A DNA stretch of 64,000 nucleotides from an uncultured Actinomycetota bacterium (GCA_964603595.1 CAZRVN010000001.1:152151-216150), one strand, 5' to 3'. Shown: positions 49,192-60,073, numbered from the stretch's first letter. Program-made: numbers and translations. Notes: generated by a model from the letters alone, not told the origin.

Positions 49192-50484
49192 TCATAAAAA
49201 TCTTTTTGGTAATAAATTTTTAACTATTATAGTTATAATAATCAAAAAATAAAATACCATCAATAATATTATTACAAAAACTGTTTGCTTGTAATTCGAA
49301 GTAGATAATTCCTGATGTATATATCCATCACCTACACTTTCATGCGATACTAAATTAATCTCTTCTGATTTTTTACCGTTTATAAATATATTTGTTGAAC
49401 CAAGTATTTCATTTTTTTCTAAAGGAAGATTTATATTGTTATTTATATTATTTTCAAGATCAAGTTTATCACTGCTTTTATCTATAAGACTTACATAGTC
49501 TCTTTCAGGGTAAAGGTCTACATCTAATTGTGTCTGTTCGCCAATTCTTAAAGATGTAGCCGGCTCTTTTGAATCAACAATTTTTACATATTCCAGATTA
49601 TTATATGCCCAGTCCAGCAACCTGGATATATCTCTATCCCTTTCTTTAATAGATTTGCTATTAAGTACCACAGTTATAAGTTCAAGATCATTCTTATCAG
49701 AATAAATTGCCATGCAGAAACCTGCATTACTGGTATGTCCTGTCTTTATACCTTTTATATAACTATATCCAAGAAGATCATTTGTGTTTGTAATTTCAAT
49801 TTCTCTTTCATTTATCTTAATTGTGTCTTTCTGAGTATTAACTATTTCAAAGAAAAGGTAATTTTTTATGCAATACGAAGCAATTCTTGCCATATCCAGT
49901 GCTGTTGACTTATGCAATGGGAATTCATCATCCAGACCGTTTGGATTCTCAAAAAATGAATCCTCAGCACCTATCTCCCCTGCTTTCATATTCATTAATT
50001 CTATAAAATCTTCTAAATCGTTCGAAACATATTCCCCAATTGCAATTGCTGCATTGTTATGTGAACTTATAAGAGCAGCTTTAATAAGGTCAATCAAGCT
50101 TATTTTGTCACCAGTTATGAATGTAAAAGAAGAATGATTCCTTCCAGATGCATTTTCTGGAATTTCAATAATTTCTTCCATGTTATCAATATTCTCAATA
50201 GCAACAATTGATGAGAGCATTTTTGTTAAGCTGGCAGGATAGATCTGACTTGATGAATTCTTCTCCCATAGTATTTCTCCTGTTTCATAATTAATAACAA
50301 CAGCAGACTCTGCAGTTATATCTATAGCAGCATCATATTTTGCAGTACCAGAACTACAGTAGATATCATCAGGATTAAAAAGGATAAAAAAGGAATTAAG
50401 TAAGAAGAAAATTAAAAATAATAAGAATATATTATATATTCTTATTATTCTCCTTTTTGAAGTCGAAGAATTCCTATTTATCAT
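49192..50484 (-). CDS. D-alanyl-D-alanine carboxypeptidase (S11 peptidase, PBP5/DacB-like)
   Basis: SxxK (SLTKM), SxN (SSHN) and KTG (KTGHT) motifs. Confidence 0.8.
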   Translation of the reverse strand: MINRNSSTSKRRIIRIYNIFLLFLIFFLLNSFFILFNPDDIYCSSGTAKYDAAIDITAESAVVINYETGEILWEKNSSSQIYPASLTKMLSSIVAIENIDNMEEIIEIPENASGRNHSSFTFITGDKISLIDLIKAALISSHNNAAIAIGEYVSNDLEDFIELMNMKAGEIGAEDSFFENPNGLDDEFPLHKSTALDMARIASYCIKNYLFFEIVNTQKDTIKINEREIEITNTNDLLGYSYIKGIKTGHTSNAGFCMAIYSDKNDLELITVVLNSKSIKERDRDISRLLDWAYNNLEYVKIVDSKEPATSLRIGEQTQLDVDLYPERDYVSLIDKSSDKLDLENNINNNINLPLEKNEILGSTNIFINGKKSEEINLVSHESVGDGYIHQELSTSNYKQTVFVIILLMVFYFLIIITIIVKNLLPKRFL

Positions 50485-51221
50485 TTGTGTTTTTCCAGAA
50501 ACTTCCTATTCCCTTTTTTTATTAAAATTTCTTGAAAATCGCAAAGCATGATTTCAAGTTTATTTGCAGTCCTTAATGCCCTTAAACGTTCCTCTTTCTT
50601 GCTTGACATAAGAAGCGGTAGTATAATTTGCTGGATAAATGCTGAAGACCGGCTGGCAAAATTCTCAAACAACTTTAAATGTTTAACATGAATACCATAT
50701 TTTGAGAGATTGCTTACAATATTTAAAATTTCTATATCGCCTGTATTTATTATATATTTACCGTTTTCTTCTTTCCATTCAACAATCTCATTTTCTATTA
50801 ACTCGTTTATATATGATTGTGATAATTTAAATTTCTTCCTTAGCTCCGAAATGGAAAAAATTAACGGTTCATGATCTGTTTTAAATTTTCCTCCCAGCTT
50901 AAGCTGGATATTTTCTATAGGCCGGCTGTCTTCACTAATGAATTTCTTATATCCTCTTGACTTTAATTTCTCCTTAATAACTTCAAGAGGCATATAAAAA
51001 TCCCTCTGCATTTTTAAGATAAAATTTATTTTTTCTATATCCTCTTTAAAATAGGTTCTGTACTTATTTGATGATCTCTTTGGAGACATAAGTCCTTCAG
51101 ATTCAAGAAATCTAAGTTTACTGCTGCTTAGATCAGGATATAATTTTTTTAAATTTTTAACTACCTTACTTATTGTAAGATATTTTTTTTCTGGAGTTTT
51201 TTTTGAATTCTTTTTGCTCAT
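50481..51221 (-). CDS. MerR-like transcriptional regulator paired with the FHA protein
   Basis: MerR-type HTH/dimerisation pattern (LRFLESEGLMSPKRSSNKYRTYFKEDIEKI). Lies 29 nt downstream of the FHA gene stop. Resembles the garA/MerR-type pair arrangement. Confidence 0.5.
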   Translation of the reverse strand: MSKKNSKKTPEKKYLTISKVVKNLKKLYPDLSSSKLRFLESEGLMSPKRSSNKYRTYFKEDIEKINFILKMQRDFYMPLEVIKEKLKSRGYKKFISEDSRPIENIQLKLGGKFKTDHEPLIFSISELRKKFKLSQSYINELIENEIVEWKEENGKYIINTGDIEILNIVSNLSKYGIHVKHLKLFENFASRSSAFIQQIILPLLMSSKKEERLRALRTANKLEIMLCDFQEILIKKGNRKFLEKHK

Positions 51222-51249
51222 ATAATCCTTTAATTTTTATTTAAAAACG

Positions 51250-51654
51250 CTATCCAGAATTGAAAAATAAAAACATATATTTTCCAATCTGTATTCTATC
51301 CATATTTTGAAGTACTGCGCTATCCACTATTTTTCCGTTTATATAGCTGCCATTTAAACTTCCCAAATCTTTTATTACAAATTCATCCCCTTTTTTTATA
51401 ATCTCAGCATGCTTTCTTGAAATAGTAATATCATCAAGAAATATATCAGATTCAGGAATTCTTCCAATAGTAATTTTTGTCTTATCTATCAAGAATTTAT
51501 CTCCTATATTGGGACCTTTTATTATAACCAGACCACTTTTCCCCGGGGACATTTTCTTTATATCTTCAAGTATGCTTGTAGAAATATCCTCCTGGTATTC
51601 TATTGCTTTATCTTTTATTGATTCAGTTTTACTATTTTTTGATTCTTTTTCCAT
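51250..51654 (-). CDS. FHA domain-containing protein
   Basis: FHA core (ITIGRIPESDIFLDDITISRKHAEI...DLGSLNGSYINGKIV). Confidence 0.75.
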   Translation of the reverse strand: MEKESKNSKTESIKDKAIEYQEDISTSILEDIKKMSPGKSGLVIIKGPNIGDKFLIDKTKITIGRIPESDIFLDDITISRKHAEIIKKGDEFVIKDLGSLNGSYINGKIVDSAVLQNMDRIQIGKYMFLFFNSG

Positions 51655-51736
51655 TTAATATTTTTACTGCCTTATATTTAAAATTTTATTTCTTAAATCA
51701 ATATAGTAATTTCCATAACTAATGTTAATAATCTTC

Positions 51737-51814
51737 TGGTCGGGACGAGAGGATTTGAACCTCCGGCCCCCAGTACCCCATACTGGTGCGCTAGCCAAAC
51801 TGCGCCACGTCCCG
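51737..51814 (-). tRNA. tRNA-Pro (anticodon GGG) with encoded CCA
   Basis: Manually folded cloverleaf: 7-bp acceptor stem CGGGACG/CGTCCCG, D-stem GCGC/GCGC, anticodon stem CCAGT/ACTGG with loop AUGGGGU (anticodon GGG), T-arm GGAGG-TTCAAAT-CCTCT, discriminator A, then CCA. Confidence 0.85.
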
Positions 51815-51860
51815 TCTTTTATATTTTAAGATAACCCAAATGAATAGTAAAGTTTTAAGT

Positions 51861-52895
51861 TTAAATTATATCTTCAATCTCAGATTTAAACTTTCTATTC
51901 ATTAATTTTTTTACTGATTCAGCCGGGCTGAGCCCTTTATAAATAATCTTATAAATACACTCCGTAAGGGGCATTTCTATATCCATTTCTCTTGATATAT
52001 CAAACACAGCCTTTGTAGTCTTAACCCCTTCAGCAACCATATACATATCTTTTAATATTTCACTGGCCTTTTCACCACCGGCTATTCTTTCACCAAAATA
52101 TCTATTCCTGCTTTTTTTACTTATGCATGTTGCTATAATGTCTCCCATTCCGGCTACTCCTGAAAATGTTACCGGATTTGCGCCAAGCTTAACTCCAAAT
52201 TTTGTAAGTTCATACAGACCCCGGGTTATAATAGAAGCTTTAGTATTCGCTTTATAACCAAGCCCATCAGAGATGCCCGATGCAATTGCTATTATATTCT
52301 TTACTGAACCACCAACTTCTACACCTGTAATATCATTATTTGTATATATCCTGAATTTATCATCTGACATTAACTTCTGTATATATTTTAGTAAATCTTT
52401 ATTGTTTGATGCCACCACAGAAACGCTTGGTAAACCTGAAGCTATCTCGGATGCAATATTAGGTCCCGATAATACACATATTAGTGACTTTAATTCTTCA
52501 GGCAGGCACTGCTCCATTACCTGCGATAACCTTAGATTTGTCTCCACTTCAAGTCCTTTTGCCACATTCAGCATACATCTTATACTATCATTACTTTCCT
52601 TTAAAAAATCATAAAATTTTACAATTACCTTCCTTAAGACATGGGAAGGCACTGCAAAAATTATAATTTCAGGATTTATAAAGCCATCTTTCTTGTCAAT
52701 AAATGGTTTTACATTTTTTGGGATATAGAGATTGCCCGTATATCTTGTATTCATCCTTAAATTTTTAATATTATTATAAGTACTTTTTCTTCTTGTCCAT
52801 AGATTAATCTTGTAATCTTGTCTTGCAAGTATTACAGATAAGGTTGTACCCCAGCTGCCAGCCCCTATTATGGTTATATTTAATCTTTTATTCAT
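51861..52895 (-). CDS. gpsA: NAD(P)H-dependent glycerol-3-phosphate dehydrogenase
   Basis: IIGAGSWGT Rossmann motif and GpsA family features. Confidence 0.9.
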   Translation of the reverse strand: MNKRLNITIIGAGSWGTTLSVILARQDYKINLWTRRKSTYNNIKNLRMNTRYTGNLYIPKNVKPFIDKKDGFINPEIIIFAVPSHVLRKVIVKFYDFLKESNDSIRCMLNVAKGLEVETNLRLSQVMEQCLPEELKSLICVLSGPNIASEIASGLPSVSVVASNNKDLLKYIQKLMSDDKFRIYTNNDITGVEVGGSVKNIIAIASGISDGLGYKANTKASIITRGLYELTKFGVKLGANPVTFSGVAGMGDIIATCISKKSRNRYFGERIAGGEKASEILKDMYMVAEGVKTTKAVFDISREMDIEMPLTECIYKIIYKGLSPAESVKKLMNRKFKSEIEDII

Positions 52896-52919
52896 ATTAT
52901 TTAATCCCCAGCACGATAT

Positions 52920-54248
52920 CTAATATTTAAATTTAAAGAAAATGGGCGTTCCCTCAAAACCAAACTTTTCTCTTATACTATTTTCTATATATCTCTCTAA
53001 ATTTACTCTTCTTTTTGCATTAATATTTGTAAAAACCAGAAAGATAGGCGGAGATGTTTTTATCTGCCTTATAAATTTAATTTTAAACTTTTTACCTTTA
53101 AAATAGATACCTTCTTTTTCCCTATCCAATTTTTTAAAATAATTTGTAATTTTACTTTCGGATATTTCTTTATTTCTCTCTTTAAACAAAAAATCTATCA
53201 TCTTTACAATATCTTTTATCCCCTTTTTATTTAATGCACTTACCTTTAAAAATGGTATGTATTTCGCAAATTTTAACTTGAGATTAAACATTCTGACAAT
53301 GCTTTCAAGCGTTTCATTATCAATAAGGTCAATCTTATTAAAAATTGCACAGATGCTTACTCCTCTTTCTATACACATTTCCATTATTTTTATATCCTGA
53401 CCTGCTATCTCTTTACTGCAATCAATTAGCACCAGCCCTATATCAGAGATTTCTATTGCTTTTAAAGTCCTGAGTTCACTATAATAATCTAAATCATTTA
53501 CCTTTCTTTTTTTTCTTCTTATTCCTGCTGTATCTATAAATTTATAATTTTTTCTATTAATTTTTACTATACTATCAACACTATCCCTGGTTGTTCCTTC
53601 CACTTCATCAACTATTGCTCTCTCATCACTTATTATAGCATTAAAAAGGGTTGACTTTCCTGAATTTGGCCTTCCAAGGATACATATACCTGGATTTTCC
53701 TTTTCTTCGTATTCGCATGTTTCTTCAGGATTACTTTTAAATTTTGAAACTATTTCATCCAGAAGATCTCCTATGTTTATCCCATTTAATGCAGATATTT
53801 CGATAGGATAACCAAATCCAAACTTTAGATAATCTTCTGTATATAAATTTTCCTTTTTCCCATCACATTTATTCCCAGTAAAAATAATCTCCTTATCTGT
53901 TTTTCTTAATATACCTGCTATTTCCTCATCAAGTGTTGAAAGCGGCTGCTTTAAATCTACAATAAAAATAATAATATCCGATTCATGTATAGCTTTACTA
54001 GTTTGTAAAAATACCTGTGTATTTATATTACCTTTTAGTTTCAGGTCAATCCCTCCTGTGTCCATCAAATAAAAATTTCTTCCGCTCCAGTCAGTTTTAT
54101 AATATTTTCTATCACGGGTAATCATCGGTTCATCGTGGACTATTGCTTCCCTTTTTCTGCATATTCTGTTAATAAGAGTTGATTTTCCAACATTTGGCTT
54201 CCCTACAACAGCCACTTTTGGTATATTAATTTGGTTATGCTCTTCCAT
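52920..54248 (-). CDS. der: Ribosome biogenesis GTPase Der (EngA)
   Basis: Two tandem GTPase domains (GKPNVGKST and GRPNSGKST) plus a KH-like C terminus. Confidence 0.92.
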   Translation of the reverse strand: MEEHNQINIPKVAVVGKPNVGKSTLINRICRKREAIVHDEPMITRDRKYYKTDWSGRNFYLMDTGGIDLKLKGNINTQVFLQTSKAIHESDIIIFIVDLKQPLSTLDEEIAGILRKTDKEIIFTGNKCDGKKENLYTEDYLKFGFGYPIEISALNGINIGDLLDEIVSKFKSNPEETCEYEEKENPGICILGRPNSGKSTLFNAIISDERAIVDEVEGTTRDSVDSIVKINRKNYKFIDTAGIRRKKRKVNDLDYYSELRTLKAIEISDIGLVLIDCSKEIAGQDIKIMEMCIERGVSICAIFNKIDLIDNETLESIVRMFNLKLKFAKYIPFLKVSALNKKGIKDIVKMIDFLFKERNKEISESKITNYFKKLDREKEGIYFKGKKFKIKFIRQIKTSPPIFLVFTNINAKRRVNLERYIENSIREKFGFEGTPIFFKFKY

Positions 54249-54264
54249 ATAAACCCTGCTATTA

Positions 54265-55392
54265 TCAGTTAGGAAATATTTCTTTTATAAAACTAAAACC
54301 ATCTTCAGGTACTATCTTTATATTTTTGCCTATTTTCTTAAAATCCTTCCTTTTATAATTATCAATAGACAGATTGTCCTCATTAAAAATACTATCGGGA
54401 ATAAGTACCTTACAATATATATTTATATCTTGCTTTTTAAGACTTAATTCTATATCTTTCCTGCTTAGAAGTCCTGTTATTTTAATATTTCCACCAAAAA
54501 ATTTATTTTTTACTTCCATTATATCCAGATGTGAAACCACGCTTTTCCCATAATCACCAAGTTTTTCTAATATAGTATCAATAGCATTTCTAATTACAAC
54601 TTCTCCATATTCAGACGTTACCAGTAATATACGGTTTTTTTTCTCATTCTTAACTGTTTTCACGGAAGGGTGGTATGAATTAAGATTATTTTTTATAAAA
54701 TCGTTTATCTGTTTTAAAAAATAGGTACTTTTTCCTATTCCATTTTCAATTTGATTAAAATCTCTATAGTATTTATAAGATGGAAAAGTAACCCCGCCCA
54801 TAACATAAAATTCATCAGAAAGATAAATATTATCAATTCCTTCTAATGACTTGTTAACCTCCCTGAACCTGTTTACATCATCTATTACTTCTCTTGCAGA
54901 ATTTTTGTCATAGGACTTTAAGCTATGACTATTGTTGTATTTTGTTATCCCAACCGGTACTATACCTATTGACATTGTATTTCTGTAATCATTTATTAAA
55001 GTTAAAAGAGTATTATGCATGTCTCTTCCATCATTTATACCTGGACACAGGACTATTTGAATATTTGTTTTAATACCATTTTTATCAAGAAATTTAAGAT
55101 TTTCAATTCCATTCATATTCCTTTTATTCCCAAAAATTATTTCTCTTATATTCTTATCAATACTATGTACGGAAATAAAAAGCGGCTCCAATCTGTATTT
55201 TACTATTTTATCAAGGTCCTCCTTTTTAACATTGGTAAGGGTTATAAAATTACCATATATATATGAAAGCAGGTAATCATCATCCTTCACATACAGTGTA
55301 GAACGCAGGTTTTTGGGGAGTTGATTAACAAAGCAAAAAATACAATTATTTTTACAGGTTTTTATATTTTTTGTTATTCTATAATTGCTCAA
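54265..55392 (-). CDS. DUF512 domain protein (radical-SAM-like, der-associated)
   Basis: CxxxCxxC-like cluster CKNNCIFC near the N terminus. Conserved placement upstream of der. Confidence 0.65.
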   Translation of the reverse strand: MSNYRITKNIKTCKNNCIFCFVNQLPKNLRSTLYVKDDDYLLSYIYGNFITLTNVKKEDLDKIVKYRLEPLFISVHSIDKNIREIIFGNKRNMNGIENLKFLDKNGIKTNIQIVLCPGINDGRDMHNTLLTLINDYRNTMSIGIVPVGITKYNNSHSLKSYDKNSAREVIDDVNRFREVNKSLEGIDNIYLSDEFYVMGGVTFPSYKYYRDFNQIENGIGKSTYFLKQINDFIKNNLNSYHPSVKTVKNEKKNRILLVTSEYGEVVIRNAIDTILEKLGDYGKSVVSHLDIMEVKNKFFGGNIKITGLLSRKDIELSLKKQDINIYCKVLIPDSIFNEDNLSIDNYKRKDFKKIGKNIKIVPEDGFSFIKEIFPN

Positions 55393-56230
55393 TAGCTTTT
55401 TTTACATTTATTATATCTTTTACCGGCGTGGAAGCACCACCGCTTATACCCGCTTTATTTTTACCTTTAAACCACTCCGGTTTAATATCTTTAAAGTTCT
55501 CAATATGATAAGTAGAACTGTTTATACTTTTTGATATTTCCATTAAATGCTTGGTATTTGCACTGTTTTTTCCGCCTACTACTATCATTATATCTACATC
55601 TTTTGACATCCTGGCAGTTGAATCCTGCATCTTTTCTGTTGTGTCACATATAGTGTTATTTATGAAAAGATCCCTTGTCTTTTCAAGCAGTTTATCAATA
55701 ATAATATGAAGCTTCTCTTTTGTCTGGGTCGTCTGGACAACTACCCCAATCTTTTTCTTAAAAGACAATTTATCTGCGTCGTTTTTGTTCTCAATAACTA
55801 TAAAATTTTTATTTAGAACATAACCCTTTATCCCAAGAACTTCAGGATGATTTTTATTTCCTATAATGGCTACAAAATAGCCATTTTTAGATAATGACCT
55901 TGCTCTTGCCTGAGCTTTTTTTACAATAGGGCAGGTAGTATCAATTACTTCTACCTCTTTTTTTACCCTGATTTCATTTATTAAATGAGGTGACATACCG
56001 TGGGACCTTATAATAAAAATTCCCTTACTACATATTTCATCCATATCCTTTACTGAAACTAAACCTTTTTTTGATAATTCCTTTGTAACACCAGGGTTAT
56101 GTATTATTGAACCAAGGGTAAAAATCTTCCCGCTATTAGCGCTATATTTTTTAATAGTTTCTTCCGTAAGTTTCAGTGCTCTTTTAACACCAAAACAATA
56201 CCCGGAATATTCTGCAATCTTTACTTCCAT
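55379..56230 (-). CDS. ispH: 4-hydroxy-3-methylbut-2-enyl diphosphate reductase
   Basis: LytB family motifs and conserved cysteines (GYCFGV, TTCP, the NTIC region). Confidence 0.9.
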   Translation of the reverse strand: MEVKIAEYSGYCFGVKRALKLTEETIKKYSANSGKIFTLGSIIHNPGVTKELSKKGLVSVKDMDEICSKGIFIIRSHGMSPHLINEIRVKKEVEVIDTTCPIVKKAQARARSLSKNGYFVAIIGNKNHPEVLGIKGYVLNKNFIVIENKNDADKLSFKKKIGVVVQTTQTKEKLHIIIDKLLEKTRDLFINNTICDTTEKMQDSTARMSKDVDIMIVVGGKNSANTKHLMEISKSINSSTYHIENFKDIKPEWFKGKNKAGISGGASTPVKDIINVKKAIEQL

Positions 56231-56277
56231 ATATTTAAACTCTATCTATTTACATATAATTTTAGTTTTTATTATAT

Positions 56278-56925
56278 TTATTTTATTATATTATATAATC
56301 TTTTTATTTCTTCCATTGTTTTATTAAATACTAAATTAATAGCTTCTTTTTTATCATGTTTTTTTATTATATCCTCTGTTTCTATAAGATTCCCAATAAT
56401 TAATTTTACTTTCGGTAAAAATATCCTCTTATGCGGCTTTTGGATTATTTTGTTAGTTCCGCTGACTGCTACAGGTAATATAGGTGCCCTGCTGTGTACA
56501 GCTATAAAGCCCACTCCTTTTTTCCCTTTTCCCATAATTCCATCAGGAGACCTTTTACCTTCCGGAAATATGCCCAGAGCGTTCTCATTTTCCAGAACTT
56601 CAAATGATGTCTTGAATACTTTCATGCTAAAAGACTGTCGGTCTACAGGAAATGAATTTAAAAAAGTTACCAGAGAGGCTACAAACTTATTACTATATAA
56701 TTCCCTCTTTGCTATAAAGTAAATACACCTCGGTATAAACGCTCCTATTATTACCGGGTCAAGATAACTTATATGATTGGAGCATATTATAATCCTTCCT
56801 TTCCCAGGCACTTTATTGATCCCTATCCTTTCCACTCTGTAGAGCGGATAGAATATACACTTTAAAATAAATTTTATAAAATAATACAGAGCAAAATATG
56901 CCCTGCTATGTTTTACTCTCAGCAT
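56278..56925 (-). CDS. plsC: 1-acyl-sn-glycerol-3-phosphate acyltransferase
   Basis: HxxxxD acyltransferase motif (NHISYLD) and the FPEG motif. Confidence 0.8.
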   Translation of the reverse strand: MLRVKHSRAYFALYYFIKFILKCIFYPLYRVERIGINKVPGKGRIIICSNHISYLDPVIIGAFIPRCIYFIAKRELYSNKFVASLVTFLNSFPVDRQSFSMKVFKTSFEVLENENALGIFPEGKRSPDGIMGKGKKGVGFIAVHSRAPILPVAVSGTNKIIQKPHKRIFLPKVKLIIGNLIETEDIIKKHDKKEAINLVFNKTMEEIKRLYNIIK

Positions 56926-57607
56926 CTAATTTCTCTAAATACAATTTTTTTATTCTATTCACTACTTCCCTTATGGACATGATTGTAGTATCAATTACAA
57001 CTCCATTTTCCGGTATTACCAGCGGGCTATCTTCTCTGCTGCTATCAATTTTGTCTCTGCTGGTAATTTCTTCTTTTATTATTTTTCTTTTTAATAAACT
57101 ACCTTTTTCCCTGACCTGCAGGTCCCTTCTATTTATTCTTTCTTTGAGACTTGCAGTCAGGTATATTTTTAAAGTTGCATCAGGAAAAACAACACTTCCT
57201 GTATCCCTGCCTTCCAGCACAACGTTACCATTTTCTATAAATTTCCTCTGCAGTCCTACAAGATATTTTCTTACTCCCGATAGTTTTGAAACAATGGAAA
57301 CTGCTGCTCCCACTTCCCTGCTCCTTATATCTTCAGTAACATCCACCCCATTTATCCTGATTCTTGTATATTTGTTTTCATCCAGTGAATTTCTGTCAAG
57401 CTCTATCTTTAAATTTTCTGTAAGTTTTAATATAGACTTTTCATCATTGCAATCTATATTATTCTTTATAGAAGCCAGGGTTATAGCCCTGTACATAGCT
57501 CCCGTGTCAATATATTTTAATCCTAATTCTCTTGCTAAAATCTTTGCTACTGTGCTCTTTCCGCTTCCAGCAGGACCGTCTATTGTAATAATATTTTCTG
57601 TAGACAT
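56906..57607 (-). CDS. cmk: Cytidylate kinase
   Basis: ITIDGPAGSGKST P-loop and Cmk family features. Confidence 0.9.
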   Translation of the reverse strand: MSTENIITIDGPAGSGKSTVAKILARELGLKYIDTGAMYRAITLASIKNNIDCNDEKSILKLTENLKIELDRNSLDENKYTRIRINGVDVTEDIRSREVGAAVSIVSKLSGVRKYLVGLQRKFIENGNVVLEGRDTGSVVFPDATLKIYLTASLKERINRRDLQVREKGSLLKRKIIKEEITSRDKIDSSREDSPLVIPENGVVIDTTIMSIREVVNRIKKLYLEKLDAESKT

Positions 57608-57662
57608 TTAAATAATAAAACCATTATCAAAATTTGATGAATTACAAATTTAAATTACTTTT

Positions 57663-58949
57663 TTAATTAAGAGCTTCCTTCAAGTTATATTTAAAACCCG
57701 GGAAAGATGTATTTATGCAGCCTGAATTAAGAATAGTTACACTTCCCTTTGACATTAAAGCAAGTATTGAAAGCGCCATTGCAATTCTATGGTCACCAAA
57801 ACTATCAACCGTACCCTCACAAGCAATGAAACCTTCATTCCCTCTTATTATCATACCATCCTTTTTTTCTTCAATATCAACATTTAATTTACCAAACTGG
57901 CTAACGATTGATTTTATCCTGTCGCTTTCCTTATATCTCAATTCACCCGCGCCCCTGATTATTGTATTACCTTCAGCAAAAGCAGCAGCCGCACACAATA
58001 CCGGTATATCATCAATTATAACCGGCATTTTTTCTTTTTCTATTTCTATGCATTTTAATCTGCTTGAAAAAGTTTCAATATCCGCAATGGGCTCGTTATT
58101 TAACACTTTTTTATTTCTAACAATTATTTTGCCTCCCATTTTTTTTAATGCATCTATAATATAACTTCTTGTTGGATTAATACCCACGTCTTTAATTATT
58201 GTGTGAGAATTTTTTAAAATTAAAGTAGCAACAATAAAATAAGCTGCCGAGGAAATATCCCCGGGCACATAAATCCTCTTTGCACTTAATTTTCTACCGG
58301 GTACCAGTTTAGCATATTTTCCATCATAGCTTATATCTGCTCCAAAATATTCAAGCATTCTTTCCGTATGGTCTCTTGAAATACTGGGCGAAATTACTTC
58401 GGTAGTTCCTTTTGCATTAATTGCAGCCATTAGAATACATGATTTAACCTGCGCACTGGATACTTCAAGCTCCAGCTTCTTACCTTCGAGACCGGGATTT
58501 CCGAATATTACTATCGGGGCTTTCGTATTATTTTCTCTCCCATAAATTATCGCCCCCATTTTAGAAAGTGGCTTTATTATTCTTCCCATAGGCCTTGAAT
58601 TTATTGATTTATCTCCATTTAATACAGATATAAAATTTGTTGATGACAGAACACCGCTCATTATTCTTATTGTTGTTCCAGAGTTTCCAGCATCAAGTAT
58701 AGTGTCTGGCTCCCTGAAGTTTTTAATTCCCCTACCGTAAACAATCAAACTACCGTTTAATCTTTCTATTTTTACACCCAGGATTCTTAGAATATTTAAT
58801 GTTTTTATACAGTCCTGACAGAAAAGAAAATTTTCCACTACAACATTGCTATTTATAAGAGAAGATAAAATTATACTTCTGTGGGAAACCGATTTATCGC
58901 CCGGAATATTAATCTCACCATTTATACTCTTTGCCCCATGTATTTCCAT
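57663..58949 (-). CDS. aroA: 3-phosphoshikimate 1-carboxyvinyltransferase (EPSP synthase)
   Basis: EPSP synthase family motifs (LPGDKSVSHR, the GNSGT region). Confidence 0.9.
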   Translation of the reverse strand: MEIHGAKSINGEINIPGDKSVSHRSIILSSLINSNVVVENFLFCQDCIKTLNILRILGVKIERLNGSLIVYGRGIKNFREPDTILDAGNSGTTIRIMSGVLSSTNFISVLNGDKSINSRPMGRIIKPLSKMGAIIYGRENNTKAPIVIFGNPGLEGKKLELEVSSAQVKSCILMAAINAKGTTEVISPSISRDHTERMLEYFGADISYDGKYAKLVPGRKLSAKRIYVPGDISSAAYFIVATLILKNSHTIIKDVGINPTRSYIIDALKKMGGKIIVRNKKVLNNEPIADIETFSSRLKCIEIEKEKMPVIIDDIPVLCAAAAFAEGNTIIRGAGELRYKESDRIKSIVSQFGKLNVDIEEKKDGMIIRGNEGFIACEGTVDSFGDHRIAMALSILALMSKGSVTILNSGCINTSFPGFKYNLKEALN

Positions 58950-58951
58950 CT

Positions 58952-60073
58952 TTATTCACCCAGCACTTTTTTTACACTGGCTTCATATCCAGCTTTTTCA
59001 ACTGCTTCCTTTGCAATCTTTCCGGAATCTTTGCCTTGAACCAGCACTTTAAGGATTCCGCCACCGCTAAATTCCGTTGAATGAAAAATTGATATATCTT
59101 CAATATTTATCCCATATGAGCTTATTGCTCTTGTTATCTCGCTTAAAACACCTTTCCTGTCTTTTATAGCGATTCTTACCTCATATAAATTTGATATATC
59201 TTTTTCTATATATTTTGCCATATTAATTCTTGCTTCCCTGGCTTTCATATAATGATTTCTTATTGATTCTAAGTTATCATTCTGGATGTTAGACCTAAAA
59301 TTTTTTAAATATTCTATATAATTATCTATGGATTTTATTAATTTTTCTTTATTCTCAAAACTTATATCCAGCCACATCTTTGTATTTGCAGCTGCAATCC
59401 TTGTCATATCCCTGAAACCTCCGGCGCAAAGCTTGAATAAATTTTTCATATTCTTTTGTTTGTCATCAATCATATCTACCAGGTTTGTAGATAGAACATG
59501 TGGCAGGTGGCTTATCAGAGCTACATTCTCATCATGCTCCCTGGGATCTATGGAAATTACTTTTGCGCCTATTTTTGTAAATAAAGAATGTAATATAACC
59601 AGCGGTTCTGATATTGTAGTATCTGTTGGTGTAAGAATATAAAATGTATTCCTGAACAAATCCGGCGTAGCACTTAGTATTCCCTCATTTTCCGAGCCGG
59701 CCATGGGGTGCCCCCCGATAAAATAAACATTTTCAGGAAATATTTTACAGACTTTTCTAACTATCTTCTCTTTAGCGCTGCCTACATCTGTAATAATTGC
59801 CCCATTTTTTAAATAATCCTTTATATGGTCTGCTACTTCAACTATCTTACTTATAGGAGTTGCTATTATTACCAAATCCGCATCAGAAACTGCTTCTTTA
59901 TAACTACCGGCAATAACATCTATTATGTCCCTGTACTTAGCTATGTTCATCGACTCACTCTTAATGTCATAACCGGTTATTATAAATTCTTTATTGACAT
60001 TCTTTAATGACAGGGCAAGTGAGCCGCCTATAAGTCCCAACCCTATTACTGCTATTTTTTTAATTTTTTTCAT
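58952..60073 (-). CDS. tyrA: Prephenate dehydrogenase with a C-terminal ACT domain
   Basis: Rossmann motif IAVIGLGLIGGS, the prephenate DH core, and an ACT-like C terminus. Confidence 0.85.
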   Translation of the reverse strand: MKKIKKIAVIGLGLIGGSLALSLKNVNKEFIITGYDIKSESMNIAKYRDIIDVIAGSYKEAVSDADLVIIATPISKIVEVADHIKDYLKNGAIITDVGSAKEKIVRKVCKIFPENVYFIGGHPMAGSENEGILSATPDLFRNTFYILTPTDTTISEPLVILHSLFTKIGAKVISIDPREHDENVALISHLPHVLSTNLVDMIDDKQKNMKNLFKLCAGGFRDMTRIAAANTKMWLDISFENKEKLIKSIDNYIEYLKNFRSNIQNDNLESIRNHYMKAREARINMAKYIEKDISNLYEVRIAIKDRKGVLSEITRAISSYGINIEDISIFHSTEFSGGGILKVLVQGKDSGKIAKEAVEKAGYEASVKKVLGE

